Shown here: in pieces, positions 38,327 through 51,195 of the stretch
How the letters are laid out: each line of letters opens with the position of its first letter
How positions within the stretch are numbered: the stretch's first letter is position 1
Assembly (NCBI GenBank): GCA_001642005.1
Contig: LWCA01000048.1
Coordinates: 1-64,000, forward strand
DNA: 64,000 nt
Direction: 5' to 3'
Source: Intoshia linei
Lineage: Eukaryota > Animalia > Orthonectida
Made by a program: the position numbers and the translations under genes
The notes under the pieces: model-generated
What the model was told of the DNA's origin: nothing
Seen by the model: only the letters and a program-made list of their open reading frames with translations
Databases searched by the model: none

Positions 38327-41300
38327 TTATATTGTAACAATTTGTCGGTAATGAGATACTTGTTCAAAAACAAATGAAATTCCATTTCCCCAAGATTGCT
38401 TGATCATAACGTCACGTAGATATTTTTTATCCGAATAATGATTCCATTTACTGAGAGGCAATTCACATGTAGCGTCATCGGGAGGTTTACTCACTTGAAT
38501 CGAATTTACACATCTTTTACAGTTTAATGAATCGTGAGTTTCGCTAATCGTTTTTTTCACAGATTTGAACAATTTTCGCAATTCCTAAATGTATAAAAAC
38601 TTTTAAATTGTATAGGCAACATTAAAACTGACCCTGCGAATATTACCATTAAAAATATATAATAGTGGCATTAGGGGGATGTTACATAGAATGTAAAACT
38701 TTGACTTTGTTAACCATCGTTAGAACCTGATTTGAGTACAAGAGTAATAATGTTTTAGTGTGCTGATAGGTAAAAATTACCGTGGAACTATAAATCCTTT
38801 CAAGATCTTCAATTCCTAAATCGCCTTCGGTATCGATAATACTCTTACTAAGAGATTTTTTGTGTTGTTGTCGTTCAAAAATCTTTTCATCTATTGAACC
38901 AGTCTAAACATAACGATTAATATTCTAGATATTGCATTGTATTATTAATAATTTTATTACTGCAACAAATCGGTAAATGTAAGATATCTTTTTTTGACCA
39001 TCACGCCAGATACGTGCTGCAGCTTGATCGTCATTTGCAGGGTTCCAATCGGGATCAAACAATACCAAACGATTTCCACCAATTAAATTTAAACCACAAC
39101 CGCCTGCTTTACTACTCAGCATCATTATAAATACATTTTCCTAATAAATATTTTAATTTAAAGCAAGAGTTAAATTTTAACTAAACAGAAACGGTTTTAA
39201 TATATTCAACAAAATAAAATCCAAAACGATATGAAAATTCAATATTAAAATAAGCCAATTATAGTAGAAAATAATTAAAACTGTTTAAAAGTTGAAAAAT
39301 AAATAAATTACACATTATGAATCATATTATTAAAGGCCCACCAAAATTATTCTGTAGGCCACTGATTGCCGAATCCTGATTTATGACTACTAATTTAACA
39401 GTCGATAAAAAGTAAAAAATGATATAATTCATTATATCAATATAAACATTTAAAATTATAACCGGTGACGTGGAAGAACATTAATAATTACAAATTTCTG
39501 GGGTCGGCTCGTCTTCATGTAACTCATTATAGTACATTAAAATAGTTATTATAAACCAGTATAGACACCAATTTTTAAGCATTTATAAATAATTACATTT
39601 TTATCATTAAACATTTTAACAACTTTGGCTCGCTTTTTACTCGTCATTGTTCCATCCAAACGAATACAAATGTACCTAATAAAATAATTACAATTTAAAT
39701 CTTATTCATCTAATCAACAATTATTTAAATAATACGCAAAGTACATGTATCTCACATAATATGTGGCATCATAGAAAAACCTGATATAAAAAATAGGGAC
39801 TGAAACCGCCTCAAAAATATGAGTCAGCTCAGAGTTGACGTTTTCGGTACACGCAGACTTGAACTGACTCATAAATTTTTATATGAAAAGTTCAATAAAC
39901 TAATCAATACTTTATAGCAGGGTTTCAAAGTGTTCACTGACAATTAGAAAAACATTTAATACAGTTGTCGAAAACAGTGGCTTTTAAACTTGAAACTCTA
40001 CGGACCCTTAAAAATTTCTAAATCACTTGATGCCATTAAGTTTATAGACTATAGCAGGGGTTCCCAAACTTTTTTCACGCAAGACCGATAATAATTTATA
40101 AAATTTATCGCGGACCATTAAAGCGAAATTATTAGGCAAAATTTTAAAAAAATAGATAAAAAACGTCATAATTGACTTCTAATTAATAAAAATTTTCATG
40201 GGACCGGCATTTAGGACATTTTGGCAAATGACATTTTATTTTATACAAATTTTAATATCAATTATCCCACTTATCAGAACAAATTCGAGCAACTGGATTG
40301 ACATTTTTTATTAGATACTAAAATGTATTCTTAATCGTTTGACTCAAGTGACCCCATTTCTATAAAAAATAGCCTCTTGAAAATGTTTGAGATTCAAACC
40401 TAGTTTATTAATTACTTTAGTCATATAGGTGTCACCAACAAAATTTAAATATAAATAATATCAATATCAATATCAAAATATAAAATGTAAATAAAGTATT
40501 GAACAGTGGATTACAAGCTGGAATTTTTCAAACCCGTAAATGGTTATTAGAATCAGAAATACAGCCATTATATTATCATGTATCATAATATCAAACGGTA
40601 ATTTATTTCATCATATAATAAATTTAACTTGAATTAAAAATACAAAATTTACAAACTCATAAATGGAACTTAGAATCAGAAATACAGCCATAATATTATC
40701 ATGTATCATAATATCAAACGGTAATTAATTTCATCATACATAAATACTGTAGGTTAATTAATCTTAAAAAAATAAACACACAATGAGTGATAAAATGTAA
40801 TGCAATGACAACTTTAGTTATACTTTAAATTAAGGTTTAATTTAAACAAAAACTTTAAAAGTATAAAATGTGATGGTAACATCAAAATAAAACATAAAAG
40901 TATGATTAGAGTAGAGCAGGGGTTCCAAAACTCATTTACATGTCATAGCTTATAATTTTCACTTTTACATAACTAGTGTATTGAATGCACTCAGTGAAAA
41001 TTATGCACTAGACGTGTATATAGCTAAATATTTTATAATTTAGTAAAATAAAGTACTTACTCGTGTTCCCTGCAAAATTGTTCCAACAGATCAAGAGTTT
41101 GTGTGAAATTAGATACAATAACAAAACGATCATCAGTACTCATTTTCGTATATTTTAGTAAACCGGCCAGGGTATTTAGCTTACCTAGATATAATTATTT
41201 AAATAAATAAAAAAAACCAGAATAATGTGGATTGACATTTGTAGTATTTTGAAATCCATTAGGAAAAATATTTTTTAAATCGAGACATTTGAGAGATAAA

Positions 41301-42918
41301 ATATAATCATAAACTAATTTTGGATGATTACAAACTTTTCGAAGTTGCATAATGAGAGAAAGTTGTTTCGCTGAAACTTTGCTACTATTTAAATCAACAT
41401 TAGAATAGTTAATGAGACCTTCATAAACAGATTTTTGAATATCAGTCATTTCACAGCAAACGACCATTTCAACCTTTACAGGTAAATATTGAGTTAACAA
41501 AGCTTGAGTGCGTCGAATCATGCATTTTTCAACGATTCCAATTAACTCTCGCCTCCTTTCTTCTCCCTTAATTTTTTCTTTTTCCGAAGCTTCCCTTTCG
41601 CGACCTCTCTGTATTGGAATTTCGTATTTCTTCTTAAATTCACTAGATTCACCTAATATACCAGTATTTACAAAGTTAATTAGTGAAAAATATTCCAATA
41701 AATCGTTTTGAACTGGTGTAGCGGAAAGTAAAATTTTTTGTCTAACTCTCAGTGATGTTAATGATTTATACGTCAAATTTTCTTTATTTTTTAATCTGTG
41801 TCCTTCATCACAAATCATTAAATCAAGTTCAATGTTTTTTAAAACTGCAATGTGAGATCGTAAAGTTTCGTATGATATTATTAACACAGGGTATGAAGTC
41901 CTAGAGGTAAATCTTTGATTAGTAAACTTTTTTAGATTGTTGTCTACTTTGGTTTTATTTCCAGCGTCCACGTCAATCGTTCCGATTAATCCAGGCAACC
42001 ATTTAGTAAATTCATTGCTCCAGTTTTTGATTAAACTGCTTGGGCAAATTATTAGGCACAATTTTATATATGGACCCGTGTCTGGGCTTTGGCGCAGTAA
42101 GGTCCAAATTAATGTGATACATTGTAATGTTTTTCCCAGTCCCATTTCATCTGCCATAATACAACCAAAATTATTTTCTATTTTTGAACCGGTAACGCAA
42201 TCATACATAAATTTCACCCCCTAAATTAAATTTATTTAGTTTAACGCATCATTTATTTACACATTAATAAATCACATTTTAATTAATATTAAAATGTAAG
42301 TAGATTGAAATAAATCATTCAAATTAATAAAACAACATAAATTTTCCAAATGTTAAAATTCTGATATATTAAGGTTAATGCAGTAATAGTTTATTGAGCG
42401 TGAAAAAATTAATATTATAAATATAAATTTACTTCTCTCTGGTGTGGACGTAGGTATTTAGTGAGTCGAGGGTCGCACACGACATGAACCTTTATTTTAT
42501 CTCTAAAATAAATTGAGTTTACTCAATTTTACAGTTGATAAAAATTACTTTGAGGTAATAAGTTTTTCGTGTTCAGACATTTCGATTGGTTTGTACAATA
42601 TTAAAGCGTTTTCGACTGTCGGATCGTATAATGGCTTTTTAATAATTGAACCACACGTTCCTAATCTTCGTTGAAATAATGAGCCTAATTACAAATTTAG
42701 TTTTTAATTTTTCAGGTACACCTCGGTATCCTGGAATTGGAACTTTGTACTTTTTTAACAATGGGTCAGAATCATTTCCAATCTAATGTAAAAATATTGA
42801 TAAATTAATTAGATGTTATATACTTCTCGTAATCTTTTGATCGGGTTGTCCAACTTTGTGGGCGCATTCGATCTTCTCTATAAAATTATTTCTATATTTA
42901 CATAGCCATTATTACCAT
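38327..42918 (-). CDS. RAD54: SNF2-family DNA translocase RAD54
   Basis: M|RRSNAPTKL start, LYDP...[65 protein letters not shown]-terminal [10 protein letters not shown] and FEQVSH. Confidence 0.96.
40539..40745. repeat. Direct repeat, two near-identical copies of about 75 bp, period about 123 bp
   Basis: TTAGAATCAGAAATACAGCCAT..TTATCATGTATCATAATATCAAACGGTAATT at about 40546 and 40670. Confidence 0.85.
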
Positions 42919-44679
42919 ATTAAAAATTCATTTTCAAATATTTTAGATTCATAAAATTCATTCTTTTACGTTAAAAGCTAAAGTTAAAATTAAATCTAGC
43001 GCCAATGTGTGTACTTGTTACTCTGGTAATTTTCAAAATCATAAAAAAATGCTCGAATAAAGGTGGAAAATAATTTTTTCGAAATCAATTTGGTTGATTC
43101 ATATTGATTTGTATATCGGATACTTTCAAGGTTTAAAATCTAAAATTTAGATTATCTATTAATCACTAATGATTAGTGGTTATTCACTTTTTCACGCACC
43201 TTTATAGCTGATTAGTATCTTGTCACATTATGCCATAAGCCGTATGGTTTAATTTATAAAAATGTTGAGTAATATTACGCTGTATCGTAGTTATATGGCG
43301 CAAATTGTTATCACTGATTAGATAAGATATATAAGATTCATCTATAAAGTCACGATTTTGGAGAAAGGTAATTTTATTTAAATAATGTTGATTTGCGTGG
43401 TCAAATTTAAATGTTAGTTAGATAACTATTTACAGGGATTGTATTACTGTATACTGCAGTGTTTATTCACCTTTATACTATGTGGATCAACATTTACAAA
43501 CTATTGATCCTCGTAAAAATTTTTATTATTTACTTTAAATGTTAAAAAGAATGGTTTATTAATGAAAATTATTCTTTCAATATGGTAGATTCATCTCTGG
43601 TATCAATATTTACATTTATAATTTAACATTTTGTAAATACAAAAAATTTTATTTATATAATTTTTTCTCTATTTAAACTGAAAGAATGCTGTCTTAGAAT
43701 TGTATATTTTTTAACTGATAGAAATTAATATATGTATTTTTTCAGTAATAATTTTCAAAATGTTGGGTAATATAGTAGTAATTTGAGTTCTTGACTGAAC
43801 TTCACAATGTGAAAGTACAAATTTCTGAGAATGAAATTTAAGATATAAAACTGTATAACAATTTGCTTTTTAAAAGTTTTACAAATGTTAGTTTTTTTAA
43901 ACCAGGAACCAGTGCCGAACCTACCGTACACCAATACACCTCTTCGGGACCTCGACGAAATTTTTGTATAGTAGGAGCCTCATTTTATTCATATAAGCAT
44001 TATTTTAATATTTATTTATTGAAAATTTTATATTCTTGAATATACATTCAGATAAAAATATAATTAGCGTTAAATTATTAATTATGATCATAAATATCAA
44101 TTTAAAATAAAGTTTAGTATAACCCCTGTACAATGTAACTTGTTTTAATGTAGATAGGACATGATTAAATAAGATTAAAATTTAGTACAAAGTGATTTTA
44201 AATTTTTTGAAAATGAAAAAAATCCGAAGGAATCAATTATATAGATTTCCACCCATATTTCTTTTTTTAAAATGTGTAGACCAGGGGTGCACAACCTTTC
44301 CACCAATTTAGCCACAATGCTACTTTTCTCATTGATACTACGGCCGCACAAAATTTACTTCGACATTGAGAAAGTTTACTCTGGACCTAAATTTTAAGTC
44401 TAATAAACTAATTTTCAATAAATTTTAATATCAGCAAGTTTTAATTAATAATTTTCAATTAAAATTAATCCTTAATTCACTCATATAAATTAATACCACA
44501 TTGGTCATTTATCTGAATCAGAATAAATAGCAATAGTAGGATTACATTAATTACATCAGTGCTTCTCAAGGGGTGAATGGTCACCCCAAGGGCTGAATAC
44601 GAAAATTTAGATGATTGTAGGCGAATCTACAATTTATCAACATATTTCATTAAATCATCCAATGTAATATAATCTTATA

Positions 44680-44965
44680 AGAAAAAACCAAAATTTTACC
44701 AACTCTTAAGGAAGAAATCTGTTTTGACCAATATTTTTTTTAAAAATCCATTTTTACCAAAGTTTTAGAATAAAAACTACCCTATCTGATTCCAAAAGAA
44801 AAAACCATATTTTACCAACCCTTAAGGAAAAAAATCGCTTTTACCAATATTTTTATGAAAAATCCCATTATACCAAATTTTTAGATGAATAATTCTTCTA
44901 ACTGATTCCATAAGAAAAAACCTGATTTAAAAAAAATTTGAAAAATCTCCTTTTACTTATATTTT
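44680..44965. repeat. Degenerate tandem repeat, about 117-bp period built from TTTTACCAA subunits
   Basis: AAAAAACC..ATTTTACCAAC.CTTAAGGAA at 44682 and 44800; CTGATTCCA.AAGAAAAAA repeated; an inverted relative lies at about 53300-53400. Confidence 0.7.
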
Positions 44966-46043
44966 TTTTAAAAAAACAGTAATCATTAATTTTTCGGTAA
45001 ATAATTAATAATAATTGGACAACAGAAAAAAGTTCTATTAAAAACTAATTTGTTGATACATTAGAGTGGAAGACAAAAAATAGTTAAATATTAATAATGA
45101 CTTTTTAAGTATTTTTTTTAAAATTCTAGGGCTGTGTTCATTTTAAAAAAGGAGGGTAATCTGGGGTTTGATGGGTAAAATTATCTTTTTTATCTTTTGA
45201 GGTTACCATTTATGATAATTCTTATAAATTTAAAATCCATCCCAGAATTTATGTTGTATACAATTCTAGGACTTAATAATTTTTACAAAAAGAGATACTT
45301 TGAAGTTTTGACCGTAAAGATATAAGATTTTGAAAATGAAAATAATCATAATGTTGATGAATTTAATCTTTATCAGATTTTTATTTTTTTTAAATCTAGG
45401 ACGCATTTGAATTTAAAAAAATCGAAAATTGGGGTTTTTGACCACAAAAGACTCAATTTCTGAAAATGAAAATGTAAGACGTATTTGAAAATTACACGAA
45501 CCCGTTTTAGAAATACTGGTTTAGATAATTTGAACATTTAAATAAAATTTTTTATAAGTGTAAAATAAAAATAACACTTTCCTAGATTTTCCCGGTAAAC
45601 AGGGCTGTGGACAGGGGGCTAGCGGGCCTAATATTTTTATTTATTAACTGGTAATGTTGGTTTCTTAAGTATGTCAAAATTATGATGACTAATGCGATTT
45701 GCAATTGTTATTTTAAATTTTTAGGCAATAAACGGCAATTTAGATCGATGTATTGTAACAACGTATAGACATTTCAATTTAAAAAAATTATAGAGGTTTA
45801 CTGCTGGATGTCTACGGCCCTTCCGAGCATATTTTAGATATGATATATCCTTTTTTGTAAAAATGAAATTATACAGTGGAATGTTTAGTAAAGTTAATAT
45901 TTAATGTTACAGTAATTTTAAACGTATGTTGACATTTCAATGTTTATTTTAAATTTACTACACCTGTCATTTTCCATGTTCCTATTTCTGAACTTTATAT
46001 AATCTAATGAAATTTTGTAAATTTGTATATTAGCAAAAAATAC

Positions 46044-49000
46044 ATGGACAGTTCAATATCAAATATTAATAAGAACCTTAAAAATGGATATAATCAATTA
46101 CACTCACTGAAGAGATATAAATCTACTGGAGACATAAGATATCACCATGTACCACAAAACTACAAATGTAAACCATCAAAAAAAATAAATAGTGTAGATA
46201 TGGTATTTGATCTGTATAAAGAATCTACTTGTACATATGGTAATTTATACAATAAATTAACCCAGTTAACGACATCTATATTTTATTGATATGTTAATTA
46301 TAATTATACTTTAAATTTTAAAGTATGAGTGACTATTACTATTTGTCAATTTATAACACTGATCTGTAAAATATAAATTCGCACTAAATTTTTAGTCTGA
46401 ATTCAAGTCTAGAATAACGTTTCAATATTCTCATTGTTACCATTGACACGTGTAACTATGAATTGTGTCTGTACCATAAATTTTACCGTTAGAAAAAAAA
46501 TTCGTTACATTACAAATTTAATTATAAAATGTAAATGCAAAATTAATTATTAATTTTTACATACAATTAGATAACTCTGTGGATCTCAACTTTGAAAAAT
46601 ATGAAGTAAATGGTAGTATTCAATTTTCAATATTTTTAGAATATGAGCCTATCTTCCGATTCAACCTACCGAAATTCCGATCACAGTTATACAACCAAAG
46701 TACAATATACACAATTTGGGTTAGATAAATATGAATTCAATTATGAAGACGAGATAGACGTAGATCAGGATGTAGATTATGAGTCATCAGAAACCATATT
46801 TAACGATTATACCCCAGGAATGTCCGAATACTTGACATCGTTAGACATGTTTAATGAATCCGACTTGAATCTTAGTTTTGATTCATTATCTCTAGTATAC
46901 CTTTTATTTTTAAATTTCAATGTTAATTTTTAATTATTATTAGAACCTTACAAATAAATCTCACACATCAAACCATAATTCAAATTCTCTACATTTTGTG
47001 CATCTAATTGATAAACTCAACGAAATTCCTGAGGATATCGACAATATCAAAGAAATAAAAAAATCTATACATAATATTGTTGGTATTTTTAAAATGAATT
47101 TAATGTAGTTTAGGAATCTATTATCAAAAAAATACCCTCAAATTCAGATTCTTATGGTATGTTATTAATACATTTAAATCAGTGATTCTCAACGTGGTCC
47201 ACAGAAAAATTTTGGTGGTCCTCATAGAGCAGTGGTTTTCAACCTTTTTGTGTTCGCGACCCCCTTATAAACATAAAAAATTTTCTATATACTCCAAACA
47301 TTTTATCAATTCACATAAATAAAAATGTTAAAAAAGCATGTTCAACTTTATTTATTTTTATATTGTGTTCAAATTCTCACGCCCCCCTGATAAATTTCGC
47401 GACCCCCGCTTGAAAACCACTGTTATAGAGCTTCAATATATTATTTAAAATATATAAATTAAAAATTTTTATTATCGCTATTAAACTGTTATATCAGGGT
47501 TCCCATATTTTTTTCACGGTGGACCTTTAATAAATTATAAAATTTATCGCGGACCATTAAAGCGAAATTACTAGACAACGCTAAAAAAATTTATACAAAA
47601 CGTAATGAATTCACTTCTAATTAGTAAAAATTTTTCACGGACCGGATTGGGAATCGCTGTGCTATATTATACTTTGTGAGAATAAATTTAATAAATGTTA
47701 CAATTTGATACTGAGGTAAGTTGAATTTTCATGGATAATGTCGGAATTTTAATTTTATGGGAAGCTGTCATGGCGTTTTTAAATTTTAAGGTATAAAGTA
47801 AAAATATTCATTTAAAAAAAAAATATTGAAACTATAATTATTTACAAAGTTTAAAAAATATAGATGTAAAGTCAAAAATTTTCTATCTTAGAGATATTTT
47901 TAGCGTAATTAATAAACTTAGTCAAAATTTTTTAGGAAAAAAATGTGACTTAGAAGTTTTCCATAATTGAATAAATTGAATATATTTACTGAATAAATTC
48001 TTGTTTTGAAAAAATTTTAGGACATGTTTCATTTTTAAAATAATGGATAATTTGGGGTTTTGACCATGAACGTATGCGTTTCTGAGGCTGACGTTAATAT
48101 TTTTAAAAAGCGTCCCAGAATGAATATATTATTAATTTTTTGGTCTGATTTTTTTTAAACAAAAGGGGAAATTGGGTTTTTGACTCTGCAGGCTCACATG
48201 CTGACACTGAAAAATAGTAAAAACATGTCCTGGAAAAAACTGTATTGAGATTTGGTTTTTAAAATTCTACGACTGTCAATTTTTCAAATAAACGGTAACA
48301 CACTGAAACATACGCAGACTCATACATTCAATTGTATATAAGTAAAGAATTGACATTAAAGTACAGTATTCTCTCTATAAATCGCCATTCTTGGGATTTG
48401 GAAAAAGTTGGAGAGATAGAGAATTTAAAATTATAGAAACAGCAGATAATCCTTTAAATAAAAGGTTAAATTGCAATCAAATGTAAATTATTATACAAAT
48501 TGTAAAATTCAATACAAAATAACTTAACTTATTTTGAAAAATGGTTTTAAAACTTTTAGTTTATATTTTAAATTGATGGCGAGTTAGAGAATATGTGAGT
48601 TGTGGAGAGAATACTATATAATCGTTAATATAAAATTTCTTCCGCTAATCAGAATTTGGAAAAAGTTGGTTTATGGTGGTCCATAGAAATTTTTAGAATA
48701 AAATATGGTCCACAGCGAAAAAAATGTTGAGAAACACTGATGTAAACATTGTATGAGTGGATCGTGTGTAGGAATTTTTAGTATCCTCCATATTTTCTTA
48801 AATTTAATTGATCAGTTTTTGGGTTGGTTATATTACTTGTGGAAGTTGTAGGAAAACTTAGTATTAAATAAATTCTTAAGAACCCCACAAGTTTCAAATT
48901 TATCTAAAATTATTAGATATTTTTCATGAATAATAGAGCGTTAATAATTGCAAATATTATTATAGATAATTTGGAAATAATGGAAAAAGCTGTACTAAAA

Positions 49001-49497
49001 AAAAAGAAATGTACAATTATTTACAACTTTATTAAGGATTATGTTGAAATAGATTCTTATCTCAATTTGGCACTTAGTTGTCATGATTCAGGTGTATTTA
49101 CAGACGACGAATCCAATGACTCCAAAATTTCAAGCGTACTTAAATGTTTATTAATATTGACGTTTTATTTTAGAAAAAATTAGATGAGATCCGAGATAAA
49201 ATGTTGGTTTTGTTGTCTATAAGTGAAAACGCAAAAAATGTTGGAATTAATATTAGTAATTGGAATGAAAAAATTACTGATTTGTATTTAAAAATAAACG
49301 ATCTAGACACAAAGTAATTGTACAATTTACATTCATCTTTTTTATTTATTTTTAGAACCAAAAAACCAATATCTGAAACGTATTGTAAAAAAAAAATAAT
49401 GTTCTCATTAATTCCGCTAATTATTATTCTTAGCGCATTATTTTGGCAGTTATTTGTATATATTGAGATTGCCGATGAATGTTGTGATATAATATAA
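46044..49497 (+). CDS. Tail-anchored membrane protein, KASH-like (identity tentative)
   Basis: Eight exons splice in frame: Ser/acidic N-half, helical C-half, then KKK-IMFSLIPLIIILSALFWQLFVYI-EIADECCDII-stop. The 5' end may extend upstream of the acceptor at 46032-46033. Confidence 0.6.
47180..48739. mobile_element. hAT MITE containing four nested elements
   Basis: Outer TIR CAGTGATTCTCAAC / GTTGAGAAACACTG. Inner hAT MITEs 47230-47422 (TSD TCATAGAG/TTATAGAG) and 47495-47659 (TGTTATAT/TGCTATAT), a Helitron fragment at about 47990-48348, and a pogo MITE at 48364-48616. Confidence 0.85.
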
Positions 49498-50184
49498 TTA
49501 AAAATAATCCATTATATGTATTATAGTAACTATTTATTTTTGCTCTCATTTCATTTTATCGAAAATTAACATTGTTCATCACTTAATTTAGATGGACGAG
49601 TTGAGTTTTAATTGGTGATTCCTAAATTTTTAACAATGCCGATTCGATTCTTAAATAAAAACAATTCCGATTTCAAATACTTTTTAATCATACTATTTGT
49701 AGTTTTATTTGTTATTATTATTATTAGAAAAATAACCAAGAATAAACGAATTTATAGAATTAAGAAATATAATAAAAATTTTTAAAATTAATTAATATTA
49801 AATATTATGTCAGAACATAATGTTAAAATATTACCTTTCCACCATTAGTACCAAACATTCTATTTCGTTTTGAAGAACAAATTAAACCGCCAACCCTGAA
49901 AATTATTAAAACTTCAATTGAAAGCGAAGAAAACTATTTTCCAAGTAAACCAATATTCGGAAATTTAATTGATTCATATTTAATTCATTGTAATTTAAAA
50001 CAATTACTGTTTTTTGCAACTAATTTTTATTTTTTTAAAAAAATTGTAAAGAATCGTCGCTTCACTAGTTTTAATACACATTTGGACCAGTGTTGTCAGT
50101 TGTTCCTTTTTTTACGCATTGCTAATATCAAAAAGAGAAGATTTCTAATCATAAAAAATTCATGTTGCATATTGAATGCATATA

Positions 50185-50930
50185 CAGTATTCTCTCTATA
50201 ACTCGCCATTCTTGGGATTTCGAAAAAGTTGGCGAGATTGAAAAAATAAAACTATAGAAACAATACGATAAAATTAAAGATCTTAATCAATAAATACAAA
50301 TAAATGAATAATAATTTATTACTATGATACTTTTTTGAAGTAGTTACGTATTCTCTATTAGAAGTTATATGATCATTTAGAGATTGTATTAATTGAATAT
50401 CAATTATATTCCATTCCTCCTTCTCATACAAAAATTTTTCTACAATTTGGAGTGAATGTTTAAATTCATTTGGAGTTTTTTAATAACCGATGTATCGATA
50501 ATAATCTTATAATTTTCAAATTGTTCGTCTAAACCAGAGTCTATGTTTACCGTAGAACATTCACTCATTATTTCATCGTTTTCAGTCATTGTATATAAAT
50601 TTTTCTTCCGTGATGTGGTCATGAATATTTAACGACTTTACATAACATTTGTAATCAGGTATTTTTTCATAATTTACATGCCCATTCTGATTATGTAAAT
50701 GTTTAAAACAATTCAAAATTGTTGATTACGTTACTTTATTCCAGGATAGATCAGCAAATATAATGGTATCTCTTAAGGTTAATTTTTTATAAGCATCATA
50801 TACAGATTCCCCTTTTTCAACCTTATTCAAAATAAATGATAATTTGGAATTAAAATATTTTTTTAAACTTTTAATTTTATTTAAAATTTATGGCGAAATA
50901 GTAAATTGGCGAGTTATAGAGAGAATACTG
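50185..50930 (-). mobile_element. Internally deleted pogo/Tigger transposon
   Basis: Perfect 24-bp TIR CAGTATTCTCTCTATAACTCGCCA, TA flanks, minus-strand relic TLRDTIIFADLSWNKVT*STILNCFK matching the end of pogo DDE domains. Confidence 0.88.
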
Positions 50931-51195
50931 TATATAATTGAGTTTTTTTAATTTAGAGTAACGCACACACATTCAATTTTATATAAGTAAATGATTAAAC
51001 CATTTTACTACATGTATTAATACCCGTAAATCCGTCTCCTAGTTTTCTTGTTCGATTTGATACCACCTCGTGACTAATTTATGCGTTATTTAGACTAAAT
51101 TTTAGTAACATGTCGTTATTACACCGCAATTATAAATTAAATTTTAATATGAATGCATATAAATAAACATTACTATAGTAAATGCGTATAAATAC

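Noticed and set aside
40539-40745. Repeat-spacer-repeat pattern as a CRISPR array
   Set aside because: Only two 75-bp copies inside a eukaryotic intron and no cas genes; a simple local duplication.
49590-51120. Tiny minus-strand gene head to head with PRP18
   Set aside because: Exon-like pieces exist (51023-51073, 49835-49896) but no in-frame ATG could be found.
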